Shown here piece by piece: positions 52,701 to 58,463 of a DNA stretch of 64,000 nt. The DNA comes from Verrucomicrobiaceae bacterium UBA7681 (lineage in GTDB: Bacteria > Verrucomicrobiota > Verrucomicrobiia > Verrucomicrobiales > Verrucomicrobiaceae). A program made the translations under genes and the position numbers. Below the pieces are notes generated by a model. The model was not told the DNA's origin. It worked only from the letters and a program-made list of their open reading frames with translations, and did not search any database. Positions within the stretch are counted from its first letter, which is position 1, and every line of letters starts with the position of its first letter. The stretch lies in assembly GCA_002482965.1 (NCBI GenBank), contig DLGZ01000025.1:16777-80776 (forward strand), read 5' to 3'.

Positions 52701-54629
52701 GACGAGCGCGGAAATGGCGGCGGTGCTCCATTGAAAGATGCCATTGCCGGTGGTGGCCTGAAGACGAATCGCGCCATTGGCCGAAGCAGAATCCGCCAAA
52801 CTGGCGATGACACCCGTCACCGAGTTCGACGTGAAGCCGATGACCAACACCCCTTGGAAATCATTGGCCGTGTTGGAGAGGGTGACCCCATGTGTGCCTG
52901 AGGTCGTCTCAATGATGATACCGCCGGTGCCGGTGACCTTGCCGGCGATGACAAGGTCAAAGGCGGCTTCGGTGAACTTCGCAATCGCCCCGTTGTTGAT
53001 CGTGATGGTGCGTGCGGCATTGAGCGTGAGGCTGGCAGTGATCTGCAGAGTGCCGCTGCTGTTGAAGGTGAGGCCTCCCGTCAAGGCCCCGAGATTGGTG
53101 TCTGCGCCGATGCTGATCGCAGCAGTCGTGGCAGCGCCAATGGCCGGCCGCGCTGCAGCGTCGATCACGGTGCCACCGCTGTAGCTGTTTGAGGTTGAGC
53201 TGAGAGTCAGTGCGCCAGCCGAACCCGTCTTCACCAAGGTCACAGCGCCACCGTTGTCGCTGATCGGCGCACTGATGGTGATGCCGGCACTGCCGGTGTT
53301 AACATAAAGGTTGCCGCCGCCGGTCGGAGTTGTCAGCACACCGCCTGTTCCGGTTGCCACCGTCAAGAGCGTCGCCACACCATTGAGCAGCCCGTAGGTT
53401 TGCAGATTTGCCCCTGCTGCCAGCGTGAGAGTGGAAGTGGCTCCTGTGTTCAGCAGGGCCGCAATGGTGCGAGTGGTGGCCAGCGTCTGTGAAGCGGAAC
53501 TGGTGTAGGCATTGCTTGCATTGGTCCAAGTCGATTCCAACGATCCGGCAATGCCCGCACCCACGACCTGTGAAGAGGCATTGTAAACGGCGTAGTCGGT
53601 CTGCAGCGCGGCCGTGGTCCCCACGGTAGCCCAAGGGCCGATAATCTGGCCGGCAGTGGTGGCGGTGGCACCCGTGACAACAATCATGTTTTTGGTCGTG
53701 TTCAATCCCGACGCAGAAGAAAAGGTGATCGCGGAAGTGTTGGTGGCACCGGTACGGGTCAGGCCGGAAAGGGTCAGGGTCTGACTGCCAGCGCCTGCCT
53801 GATTGGTGGTTTCGACAAGATTCAACTGCCCGCTGGTCAGCGCCACCGTGCCGAGTGTTTCAGCGTAAACAGCGGTGCCTGAAGTGTTGGTGAAGGTGAT
53901 CGTGCCGCCGTTGGAGGTGATGCCGGCACCATTGGCAACACGATTGAGCAAAGCCTCAGTAGAGGACGTATTCGTCAGGGTGATCCCGCCACCGTTGAGC
54001 GTGATGCCGGTGGTGGCAGCCAATGCCAGATTGCTGGCGGCCAGGGCCATGGTCATCCCGTTGTTGATCGTGGTGGTGCCTGACCAGCCAGTGCCGTTCT
54101 GCGTCCCGTTAAAGGTAAGCGTCCCTGCGGTCTGACCTCCATAAATGCCCCCGCTAAGTGTCACATTGCTAGATGCAACACTCGACACCCCGCTGGTGAT
54201 CGTGGCGGCGGCGATGTTGTTCAGTGTGATCAGATTATTCGCCGCACCAAAGGTCAGCGTTTTGCTGTTTGTGGTTCCATTAATCGTGTATGCCGTCGTA
54301 TTGAACATCAAGCCGCCAACGGTCACGTTGTCTGTGAGTGTCACCGTTCCGGCCGCGCCCCTAAATACCGCCGTGTCATTGTTCTCATTGACCCAGGAAG
54401 TGTCGCTCGTTCCGTTAAACCAGTTTTGCAGCGGAGTGCCTGAGAGTGAATTATTCCAATTCCCCGCCCCACCTAAACCTGCTCCTGTGCCGACATTGTT
54501 GTTCGCTGCATTTGTATCAGTGTCCCAATAAAGAGTCGCTGCCTGCAACGGCTGCCCCACCTGCCACGAAAGCATCAGCACGAACATCAGTGTGCCCAAG
54601 GAACGGCGAAAAGCGCGTAAGTAACTCAT
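31785..54629 (-). CDS. giant (7614 aa) secreted autotransporter-associated beta-strand repeat protein with PEP-CTERM sorting signal
   Basis: Uninterrupted 22,845-nt ORF with ATG at 54629. Signal peptide MSYLRAFRRSLGTLMFVLMLSWQVGQPLQA, then an ATLYWDTD..NW..NW head box. Very many G.G.L.L.G.NTY(T/S)G.T.(I/V)..G.L units and ADQL.(L/F)NGG..NRG(I/V)T motifs. C-terminus VPEPSRLLFLMLGLFGLMVRRRRSVR. No beta-barrel domain. Confidence 0.95.
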   Translation of the reverse strand: MSYLRAFRRSLGTLMFVLMLSWQVGQPLQAATLYWDTDTNAANNNVGTGAGLGGAGNWNNSLSGTPLQNWFNGTSDTSWVNENNDTAVFRGAAGTVTLTDNVTVGGLMFNTTAYTINGTTNSKTLTFGAANNLITLNNIAAATITSGVSSVASSNVTLSGGIYGGQTAGTLTFNGTQNGTGWSGTTTINNGMTMALAASNLALAATTGITLNGGGITLTNTSSTEALLNRVANGAGITSNGGTITFTNTSGTAVYAETLGTVALTSGQLNLVETTNQAGAGSQTLTLSGLTRTGATNTSAITFSSASGLNTTKNMIVVTGATATTAGQIIGPWATVGTTAALQTDYAVYNASSQVVGAGIAGSLESTWTNASNAYTSSASQTLATTRTIAALLNTGATSTLTLAAGANLQTYGLLNGVATLLTVATGTGGVLTTPTGGGNLYVNTGSAGITISAPISDNGGAVTLVKTGSAGALTLSSTSNSYSGGTVIDAAARPAIGAATTAAISIGADTNLGALTGGLTFNSSGTLQITASLTLNAARTITINNGAIAKFTEAAFDLVIAGKVTGTGGIIIETTSGTHGVTLSNTANDFQGVLVIGFTSNSVTGVIASLADSASANGAIRLQATTGNGIFQWSTAAISALVLNNRQFDLMGTGGTATIDNSNASAANTITVNTDLMVSGAGAKTFTLQGANTGSNTFAGVIGDGTSAVISLTKAGTGTWILAGSNTYSGNTNVNTGILKIAGADGAINNSSIAINPGATLTVDNTTAAGGIKLNRLNSQNLTLTNGTFNYISGTGASTDAVGTLALNSGGNSIINLTANTTGATSVTVSSLTRAAGATLLLTGANLGAAAGANNTNLIVTANGAGADAIGGTGLAGSTSISINSFVLGQDTALSGSAQYGFMTDKINGSMLAGGLRNLTSAEYAGSIADAATFLDNVSLSSLVSGLDSAGTKINSLRLNSGGSVSGSGTLTLNSGAILSLAGNGYTGISVSNLAFGAQEAIIYTVTSDLRINSVISGSGGLTKSSNGVLTFNGVNNYTGATKVNGGVLRAGTTSAFGPNSAVSLATTAGVVLDLAGFDNSLGSLSGGSATAGIVSLRGATLTVGSDNTDTTFAGLIYSTGSLVKTGTGTLTLSAANTFAGSTTINSGGTLKGGIAAFLPAATALTVNGTLDLNAVAVTVGQFTGSGVVTNTNATAVALTLGNFAGNFDTTFSGVFNSTTPASLTLTKTGGGTLTLTSAAGTATGAWTLNAGTIKLDYSAGSVTGNIMNQVATLTLQGGSLNVTGRSGAAVTQTLNAFTLGVRGGQITLVDGGGGGSTLLNVTGALTTTAAGGAMLITAPTNTSVTFATAADATGLLGAGRIVFSDGTAGGFNWATNSGAGSVTTGLGSYTNLVASGSTSTINYLQTGTLVGGITASEAVNTLKITDVAAGGTLALAGNVLTITTGGLLYTGANGYLISSTTGSLKSGVATNSDLIIHQYGAGTLTISAIIADGTGASTLTKAGTGRLVLSGVNTYTGATFVDAGILSISNNNQLGNTLTSAINLTDGATLQTTATFSTGTHTYSLTGGNAMLDIAPATTLTINGVISGAGGLTLNNTGTLSITAAATYTGATYVNSGTLQGGVATFINASTGGNLNVGASGLVEMNNFTLTVGGIAGSGNIKNSGGTAAALTVGGNNQSTVYSGVLQATGTAANLNFIKNGTGTLTLNASNLYTGTTTVNNGTIQWGVDNALTSTTVVTLGNAAGPIVAMLDLNGHSQTLAGPTLYGTTSTATSQAIINIGAGGNLTLAGTLTATVNATAANGFLGAFINGGTLTMTAARTFAIADSINAAADLTITSAITGAAGGITKTGAGNLVLAGVNTTTGANIIQVGTLTAGVNGALSTAGTWTVTATGAGVTATLDLSGTVQSLNNVLALGGSTATSTPVVNLNGGTLSILNGITYSASGNPLGGQIIGGTLDLGSATRTITVGNSTNAAVDLAISSVISGAGGVTVAGVGQLLLSGQSTYAGNTTLSAAGIVQAGVNNALPFGDGKGNLIINAGTFDLNGFNINLNAVTAAAAGGTIDNTSSSSTTLTIGNNDTTGTFYAGVIANSGAGALNLTKTGTGAASFTGAVGIKGALTVNAGTLNLLGTLTTPGSMTGVTVAGGGTLNMISSSVAALSNLTTLNLGSGSGTATLGLTLGATASTLTTNNSATTANTVLINLSAISGIASGTYTLLSASSGLSGATYQISAVGGFATTAQSISDTAVSVTLGAATATTLYWKGGVDNSWNTLNGSFQSNWTDVTGTVNSQAMPGFANTAIFSANGQSGTSIATTLGMNVILNDLQFNSALGSGPVGSISIAAGANAANTLTIAPSSSSTGITVLTGAPASISISAPVNLGAAQTWTVADADTVLTVSGVISGAAGNSLSKAGAGTLILSSAGNLFGGAATTVNVQAGTLQFSADAQLGSSLNTLTIGTSTSVGTLQYTGSTATIARAIALGTQAGSATGDTISVGSGTILTLSGVISGGAASGVVGNNSLTITGGGTVVLSASNTFTGDVIVAGNSTLSVNTIVTTLNLGTAALNQKPKQVFIQSGSTYVATASQNPVAFTSANSVFYSFGQNSSSSTTVSVASGATFQFDDAGQFTLNGTLNLTGAGTLLLGGNYDVLTAAYGSSTLTTGVQSGSSINVGGTATLQLQANAAALGGTNKASITLNDGTTLDLRLNTGGIFGNDVTIAGDVTLKSGRTTAAATNITLTMGDLTVGGGTVTFANGNLNTAPGVANLTFTSTTLTSDVIFNLTNVNGSGIATLNLGGLDDGGTARTITTTGGGALGINAASTSFTGTINVTGGSYLVLGAAGANTGTVNVLNGSVVYTATGANAAGTVNVGDTSGSNAATLAIGANGVVVDNAFVIRDGSSGATNITTVSTATVAVPNLLGFGMPVGGMGTIAAPITLAKSSGAVNFGAAANTSLVITGAVGESGGAKTFNAVGPGTVYLLGDKNFTGGISITGGALILGAGPTSTNFSGTTTINGGLLGLLGSYALPGALVIGSSGGSLLYAPAAATTDYSSLLTLTSGGTLILDIASGLTINYTTAFGSSSTAGLSKVGAGTLNLTPTTDSETFTGATTVGAGTLALNFVSGGATSNLISSSSILQMQGGTLTVNGGTNTSAVTQAFASTSLQAGNSVVTLTKGSASSVGLTLGTISRSAGAAINFSLLPASTSINIAGNSNNAAGILGGWATYNTSATLTDWAINSGNLVAPYASYTTLTTSGGGTQTTTNFTMGASVTLTAAGGASVTANSLRMSATSTLALAGTNSLTLSSVTGGILYALSSGTGTISGTAALATGLGMVSTGTASGGELLVYVNAGGTLTISAGVGGIAGSTNGFGITKSGGGTLNLTNATTSNLNNYTGQTVINGGVLQALAPDRLGSTSGITLNGGTLFSGSTTLSGSITQAITLGLSGGTLSYNSTTGTGSGNGGWNNTTAIAFLGSGSRTLTLQGTDTDRIATLVAALGDGGGPTFLIVNGGTTTSGFQLSGANSYSGSTTIQGGYLILNNVSALPGMSSLTFSGTGFNLAELELTATYGTTFTRSLGTGPGQVQWLGNGGFSAGAGTATATSVTVNLGGAGDMVTWGAGGFVPSGSILGLNQNALNNPSLGSVNFQNGIDFGALTTRTIEVGNSSYGFNTASIAASNAGYDAQLSGNLISTVTGGFTKTGTGVLWLNGDNSGFLGTLNIANGTVLFSNAAALPATLTLSSTISLTAGAVGGVVLQGATNFNTLYSHINSSTNGELMLDTSSSESINFNAAGFTNARFGAFGNVAYTGLFTPGTSGTYLINGVSGNLVASAAGQNRLMLSRTNALTGASSTLNVGTGILLLGGANDIGGAVNIQSVPLVGTNSISGAAFVWIANDKALGTGTITLTNTITAANQAGYPGLGAAYGDHTLANNIVLNDAGGASGNNFFLGGDTASDGVPSAGRMTYSGTVTIQGPTTITNNLQFNQRTTGLMFTGQITSTGSSPNFYFNGGSSLIVFNNLSGTASNYTTSNIFLNSAATFLIGQASDLGDTATARGVSYNSNGAVFGILPTAGNVTTSSNITFVANGNSFAQVVDVPMATQTFTLTSGIVQTSARTGQLYTKTGLGTFDIGVGLNPNSGASTWGTAGITIAQGTLSANFTTSAVASNMIRLANSSATAAPLTLSGGTLLLTGKSSTANSQAFGALTVTQGASAITLNSNGGTLTTSFTSMATRAAGGTVALTLPTAGPASVAVTAGLVAQNSLLVDAAATKSAFMVTGTQGGAITGWAGVSGGTIVALSNYTLTTSSTLSGNATVDTGVNTTLVANAAADSLRFNLAESRTLNLGGNTLNVGGILVTAAVGGNGSTITGGSLSTASGAAANADLVVYQANTAGALTIGANIVDNGANAVALTKSGAGELVLTGSNTFSGSLFLNEGKVTFNSVSQMGAGGSAINLNGAVLHYTGSGDISNAGTLTNGSVNVARHTSIDVDSGATLTLSGTVTSTLLSPTYELLTKTGAGTLVLGGSSNNVLYVNVAQGTLILNKSGGNVNALGISSTIVLSNIGLTVEDGALAQLGGDTANGDQILNASSVQLNGSGMLDLAGHSETIDGLGGSSSSVITNSSASGAVLTVGNSSMTLGASTQFDGSLQDGTGTLGLTMIGGNIFTLTGINTYTGKTTIIGQQYLTSGIYFGGISISSELNLGNNPANFTADQWTLNGGRLVMTENVTLDAARNNVGITLATGGGIFEVASSKTFTIAAANIIAGTGRFTKEGAGTVVMLGGANTYTGKTVLNLGILSISAQGALGGNPASATADQLTFNGGQLVTTATLSLNDANRGVTIQGYGGTLTPALGTTLTLPNTLSGTGDLTLNGAGTVVLGGINTPWTGKTILLGGELQISTNLNLGSPPATAVADQLQISNNAIFHLTADMAFNANRGVTIGSGGATITTDAGKLVSVNGAVALNAGTLTKAGTGGLVLLGSNSAVSGTQVAVMAGVLRLASSGALSSNSNLNLSGGVVELASSDFTRALGAGNNQVQFTASSGFSAFGAARNVNLGGAAATVVWNSGSFVPTGSALVLSSTTSDNTVTFQNGIDTNGAVRTVQVDDGSADTDAVLSGAVSDSSSGGGILKTAAGTLSLTGSSTYSGTTQISGGRLLAGAANVFSSASAFTLDNTSGVSLDLNGNNQVIGSLAGGGTTGGNVSLGAGVLTTGGNNGTTVFDGVISGTSGGLTKTGSGSMSLTNAQTYTGATTVSGGALFVNSTLATSGITVGGGSTLGGSGSVSALTTVSSGGTILAGDVAGDGSLTMSGGLTFLGGGTINVGQIAETASNVLNVGALTVGSVAGSITINVIANSPSGYANSTPYTLLTYTGGSILGTAGFSGFTLGTIAGTNSRTSGLLSDTGSAITLTLTADNPKWTGFDVTSGLVSSRWAPIDAALLNWKLISAGTSTSYLEGDVVLFDDSAIGSTTVDISEGNVSPSSVTFNNSSLTYTLTGSNGIAGTANLNKFGTGTLIINNTNSFNGGVILNGGVIQLGSAGALGTTNGLLFGANVAAGTKLQLNSNSITLAGLNTNATPGSAVVENGGASAATLTLNLQTVGGPPSGDASSVFAGVLQDGSSGKLGLTLTGNGTLTLSGANSYTGLTTISGGTLLIGDGSTTGSIVGTGGITNNAALVFNRSNAYSYTGNITGSGTTLVTGGGALTLTGTLDSTGGTTIDAANTLNVGNGGAGGSISGDILNNGALTFNTTSTGLVVSGSITGSGTLENIAGFTILTGTNNFGSGSSTTITGGTLQIGNGGTTGSITGDILDNGVLAFNRSDSSTFAGNISGTGSVLINMSSPTAVKTLSGTNTYGGGVTVAQGVLALGSATAVPTGSAVLVGASGTSGILDLNGFNLTVSALATAGTASDQTITNNSATSNSVLTYSSATSSTFGGLISNGASRNISVVVTGGGTLVLASTNTFTGGVIVLNGTIMLGADGALGTGAISLGTTGSNGVLDLNGFSQTVSSLAEGAGAVAGSQIIGNSSTTGDGFLTINGTSTFGGLIQDALGSGTFKTGLTIASGTTTLTNANTYSGATQINSGATLQLGNGGTTGSLSNGSTITDNGTLSFNRSDNVTFGATVSGSGGLQQVGSGILELNGDNSYSGLTVMNNAAGTLKTSGTNSSSTGGTTLTAGTLLLNNSSANNGGLAGGTIIISGGTIDNVTGSALTLVQNNNMTLGGSFIFTGSNDLNFGSGAVNVGASALTITMGGTNRMLSLGALTNTANAVNTITVTAGAGSSLVIGSYALSNNAANRVDVLTGNVANIIINGAVTNGGTSTTSGLNYTGTGILTLNGANNYGGLTSQTTSGGTIIFNGSNSGAGGTTLTAGTIQLGGATNGGIASGTLTLTAGVLQAINAARTLSNAVTLTAVTVSGSQSLTINGNFTFVSGARTLTSSITGGNLLTLGGNVFLSDSATVAGAATIAGSGLTTLSGNIANFNGSGVAGALIITNTSTTTLSGANTYSGLTTMNAAAGFLVLSGSNSSAGATTLTTGTIQFNSSSALGGGSGLGSGTLTLTAGTLQALNAARSITSNVLMTAVTVSGSQSLTMNGSFTFVSGSRTLTSSITGGNLLTLGGNVFLSDVSGTAGTQTIAGSGNTTVSGNIADFNGSGLAGTLTITNTGITTLGGANTYTGTTTMNAAAGTLVFSGSNSSAGATTLTTGMLQFNSNSNGGLASGLLTFTAGTVQALNASRSIANAITLTAVTVSGTENLTFNGKLTGSTGASRTLTNNIGAGKTLTFTSVDINPETANARTLTIAGTGATAITGAIANGNGTTANNLTITNTNTTTISAASGVSTYTGTTTAGAGTLVIGATNTLPVANAFVLGTLATGGAAATLDISGFNQTVGNFSVSSDNVTANQLLTASGRTLTINGNVTIGSSNATLTTTNFTTSGSGTVTVNNTTANGFFTVGGYVGTTSGQGNLATADFSSLSSLSILLNASTGTFRVSNNSTANTANAYSVLTLATDNTITAKTFAVGDGGQYGGSVGQVNQLKLGSGTNAINADVFNIGTGTRDFGSVTFNSGSGTIIVRAADGVSRVAFNMGAIGGGTGVATATGVQNTFDVTGHNADLLFGAVAIGTQSTRGDTLTNVFSFDTGTLDMTSLTMSVKTGTPLAGVPLVSSTLNLGGGTVTIGSGILQMGQAATATNQAVATINVTGGTVSIGATAGTAITMASAATNTTATASLNLTGGTTTVNGNIVRALGAGTSSATVNLDGGTLDMTGSNIGSAAQNVTFVAAAGTLKNLGELNGGGTLTKTTGGTLVLAGTNTYTGKTVISAGKLSISSESNLGANPGAATADQLTLNGGTLLTTATLAIQNSNRGITVGASGGTIETAASTTATVSSVVTGEGTLTKEGAGTLLFTAVNTNTGSTEVNNGILGGTGVLGGDLNVHAGSTIAPGIAAEGQLTVGGNFTVSAGGTLLMQLGGATTNDASTVQAQMGSNGNLTGLVGSVPSAWSNYVVGTTLHDNIMVNGTAVPVIDGTLKIDSVFLYGYIPAYGDVFKLIDWTATGSMPVSTTFDYGGIVLGDGLSFNSDLFASNGIIVVVPEPSRLLFLMLGLFGLMVRRRRSVR
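31788..31865 (-). other. PEP-CTERM sorting signal of the 7614-aa protein
   Basis: GTT CCG GAG CCC TCT (VPEPS) read on the minus strand at 31851-31865, followed by a hydrophobic helix and RRRR. Confidence 0.9.
32760..33840 (-). repeat. C-terminal module shared with the 4755-aa paralogue (copy 2; boundaries approximate)
   Basis: Same collinear motif series as 18270-19430. DNA identity is roughly 70% by eye in the aligned stretch around 33261-33520 versus 18853-19110. Confidence 0.8.
33950..35480 (-). repeat. in-frame tandem repeat, about 507 bp (169 aa) x3, inside the 7614-aa gene (boundaries approximate)
   Basis: AGAGAGGAACACATTGCC at 34761 recurs as AGAGAGAAACACATTGCC at 35268, an offset of 507 = 3 x 169. 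Protein units: LTLTAG.LQA.NAAR....V..TAVTVSGSQSLT.NG.FTFVSG.RTLTSSITGGNLLTLGGNVFLSD.... The third copy is more diverged, and weaker copies extend toward about 36200. Confidence 0.85.
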
Positions 54630-54854
54630 ATTGAAATTTGATTGGCAAATTTCGATGTTAAGGGATTTGGAAGATCACAAGCAAGCAATTGTGCAGGGGT
54701 AATGCTAAAGATTTTGTCACCTTGATCCACCACCTAAGGGCATTCATTATTTAAAGATTAAACTTAACACCTCATTGGGCTTCAATCTCTGAGCTGCAGC
54801 GGCCTCATCGGAGTTTGGCAAGATCTGTCTTTTCCCGGCGTTTCCCCCGGCCGC
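54630..54854. promoter_or_regulatory. AT-rich divergent promoter region (7614-aa gene to the left, sulfatase operon to the right)
   Basis: 225-bp gap between divergent ATGs (54629 and 54855) with a clear GC drop. Contains TTAAAGATTAAACTTAA and three GATC sites (54673, 54724, 54822). No Shine-Dalgarno-like purine run before the giant gene's ATG. Confidence 0.5.
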
Positions 54855-56372
<1,518 letters not shown>

Positions 56373-56409
56373 GGAGTCTGCGCCGTCATTTCTCAGTCAC
56401 CCAATTTTT

Positions 56410-57882
56410 ATGAAAATTCTACCCTTTCTGCTTTCGTCATTCATCGCTTTGCATTCGTCGTTTGCGGCGACTCCGAACATCGTCCTCATCAACATTGATG
56501 ATCTTGGTTATGCGGACATTGGTCCTTTTGGTGCCAAGATTTCCACGCCGAACATTGAGCGCATGGCGAAGGAGGGAATGAAGCTCATGAGTCATTATGC
56601 GGCACCCGTGTGCACGCCTTCACGTGCGGCGATGATGACGGGTTGTTATCCGAAGCGGGTGCTGCCGGTTCCCGGGGTGCTGTTTCCGGCTGCGGCAGTG
56701 GGATTGAACCCGAATGCAATCACGGTAGCAGAAGTGCTGAAGGCGGGGGGTTATGCCACCACCTGCATTGGCAAATGGCATCTCGGGGATCAGCCGGAGT
56801 TTCTGCCTACAAGCCAGGGGTTTGACAGCTACTTCGGCATCCCATACTCGAACGACATGGGCCCTGCGGCTGAGGGCTCCAAGAGCAATCCTGACCAGCC
56901 GCTGCCCAAGGGTCCTGGCAAAGGAAAAGGGGGAGCCGGCAAGGGCGATGCGGATGCTGAAACCGGCCTCAAAGGCGGTGCGCAGCCGCCGCTGCCGCTG
57001 GTCGAAAACCACAACGTCGTCGAACGCGTCAAAGCTGCGCAGCAGCACACCTTCACGCGCCGCTACACCGAGCGCGCGGTGAAGTACATCCGCGAAAATC
57101 AAAAGCAGCCTTTCTTCCTCTATCTCGCGCACAATGCGGTTCACTTTCCGCACTACCCGCATCAGGAGTTTACCGGCAAATCGGGCATCAGTTTGCAGAA
57201 GGACTGGGCCACGGAAGTCGATTGGTCAGTCGGACAGGTGCTCGACACGCTGCGCGAACTGAAGATGGACGCCAACACCCTCGTCATCTTCACCAGCGAC
57301 AACGGCGGACCGCTCAATCAAGGGGCAGACAACGGCCCGCTGCGCGGCAGCAAAGGCAGCACGCTGGAAGGCGGCATCCGCGTCTGCACGATTGCGTGGT
57401 GGCCCGGCAAAGTCGCCGCTGGTTCGAAAAGCAACGAGATCACCGCGCACATAGACTGGCTGCCCACGTTTGGCACCCTGGCGCGATGCAAAAGCATTGG
57501 AGAATTGCAGCTCGACGGCAAGGACATCTCCCCTGTGCTGCTCGGCCAGAAGGACGCCGTCGGACATGATGTGTTTCATTACTACGCCGGCTTCAATCTC
57601 CAGGCGGTGCGCAGTGGTGCGTGGAAGCTGCACCTTGGAAAAAATGAGCTGTACAATCTTGATGAAGACATCGGCGAAGCTAAAAACGTCGCGGCGGATC
57701 ATGCGGATATCGTGGCGCAATTGCAGAAGCATGCCGAGACGATGAAGGCGGATCTGGGTGACAAGACCAAGGACGCGCCCGGCGTGCGCGAACTGGGGCG
57801 CGTGGAGCATCCGAAGCCGCTCATCAGCGCTGACGGCACTGTACGCGAAGGTTTTAACAAGATCGCCAAAACACTGCCATGA
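56410..57882 (+). CDS. formylglycine-dependent sulfatase (arylsulfatase family)
   Basis: Start at ATG 56410 (MKILPFLLSSFIALHSSFA signal peptide); the track extension from 56308 overlaps the upstream sulfatase. NIVLINIDDLGYAD. CTPSR at 56611-56625 followed by AAMMTG. TSDNGG. 490 aa. Confidence 0.92.
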   Translation: MKILPFLLSSFIALHSSFAATPNIVLINIDDLGYADIGPFGAKISTPNIERMAKEGMKLMSHYAAPVCTPSRAAMMTGCYPKRVLPVPGVLFPAAAVGLNPNAITVAEVLKAGGYATTCIGKWHLGDQPEFLPTSQGFDSYFGIPYSNDMGPAAEGSKSNPDQPLPKGPGKGKGGAGKGDADAETGLKGGAQPPLPLVENHNVVERVKAAQQHTFTRRYTERAVKYIRENQKQPFFLYLAHNAVHFPHYPHQEFTGKSGISLQKDWATEVDWSVGQVLDTLRELKMDANTLVIFTSDNGGPLNQGADNGPLRGSKGSTLEGGIRVCTIAWWPGKVAAGSKSNEITAHIDWLPTFGTLARCKSIGELQLDGKDISPVLLGQKDAVGHDVFHYYAGFNLQAVRSGAWKLHLGKNELYNLDEDIGEAKNVAADHADIVAQLQKHAETMKADLGDKTKDAPGVRELGRVEHPKPLISADGTVREGFNKIAKTLP

Positions 57883-58463
57883 AATCTGTTCTGTTTCTAT
57901 TTTTCGTCGCCGCTGCACTGGCTGCCGATGCACCGCTGCTTAAGGACGACTTTTCCGCGCCCAAGCTGGCGACACGCCGCGCCTCACGGGGTGAGTGGAA
58001 ATTTGCCGACAACAGCGCCACCTGCACGCAGGACGATGAGCTGTACAAGAAGAACAAGGACCATGGGCCAATTCTCTTTTACGATCTCGTTTATACCGAC
58101 GCGGCGATTCGTTTTGCGGTGAAACCGGATGCTGCGAACAAGGCGGTCGTTTTTACGACCAACAGCGCGGAGGGGCATGTCTTCCGCCTGGTTTTCAGTC
58201 AGGCTGGCATGGGTGTGCGGGCTTTCCCGCCGGAGGAGAAGGACCACAAGTCGATCTCACTTGGCAATGAAAAGGCGGCGAAACTGAAGGTGGGGGAGTG
58301 GACGAATGTCAGCGTGGAGCTGCGGGGGACGAAGGCCACGGTGAAGGTGGGTGAGTTTGCGAAGACGTATGAGCATGCTTCCATTGCACGCGAGAAAGCG
58401 AATCTCAGTGTTGGCTTCAGCTATGGGAAAGTGGGCGTGAAGGAGCTGATGGTGGAAAAATAG
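57879..58463 (+). CDS. small secreted protein of unknown function (possibly a jelly-roll/DUF1080-like fold), translationally coupled to the sulfatase
   Basis: The ATG at 57879 overlaps the sulfatase stop (ATGA, 57879-57882). Signal peptide MKSVLFLFFVAAALAADA. 194 aa. Fold assignment is a guess based on its alternating beta-strand-like pattern. Confidence 0.7.
   Translation: MKSVLFLFFVAAALAADAPLLKDDFSAPKLATRRASRGEWKFADNSATCTQDDELYKKNKDHGPILFYDLVYTDAAIRFAVKPDAANKAVVFTTNSAEGHVFRLVFSQAGMGVRAFPPEEKDHKSISLGNEKAAKLKVGEWTNVSVELRGTKATVKVGEFAKTYEHASIAREKANLSVGFSYGKVGVKELMVEK

Noticed and set aside
17118-54629. Interpreting the giants as classical type V autotransporters, or the repeat region as a CRISPR or IS-derived array
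   Set aside because: There is no C-terminal beta-barrel translocator; PEP-CTERM is present instead. The repeats are in-frame, degenerate protein-coding units of about 90-500 bp without spacer/repeat alternation, terminal inverted repeats or transposase genes.
17215-54634. Scores of 60-400-aa ORFs on the plus strand and in alternative minus frames inside the two giant genes (e.g. 20847-22070, 29256-30422, 43323-44288, 32695-33528, 22508-23179)
   Set aside because: These are shadow ORFs. The giant genes use a narrow GC-rich codon set (Thr/Gly/Ser/Ala/Asn/Leu) that rarely creates stops in the other frames. Their products are low-complexity G/A/D/E/V/R-rich or P/V/L-rich strings mirroring the sense-strand repeats, with no start context, signal or domain logic. 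They fully overlap a gene that has overwhelming coding evidence.
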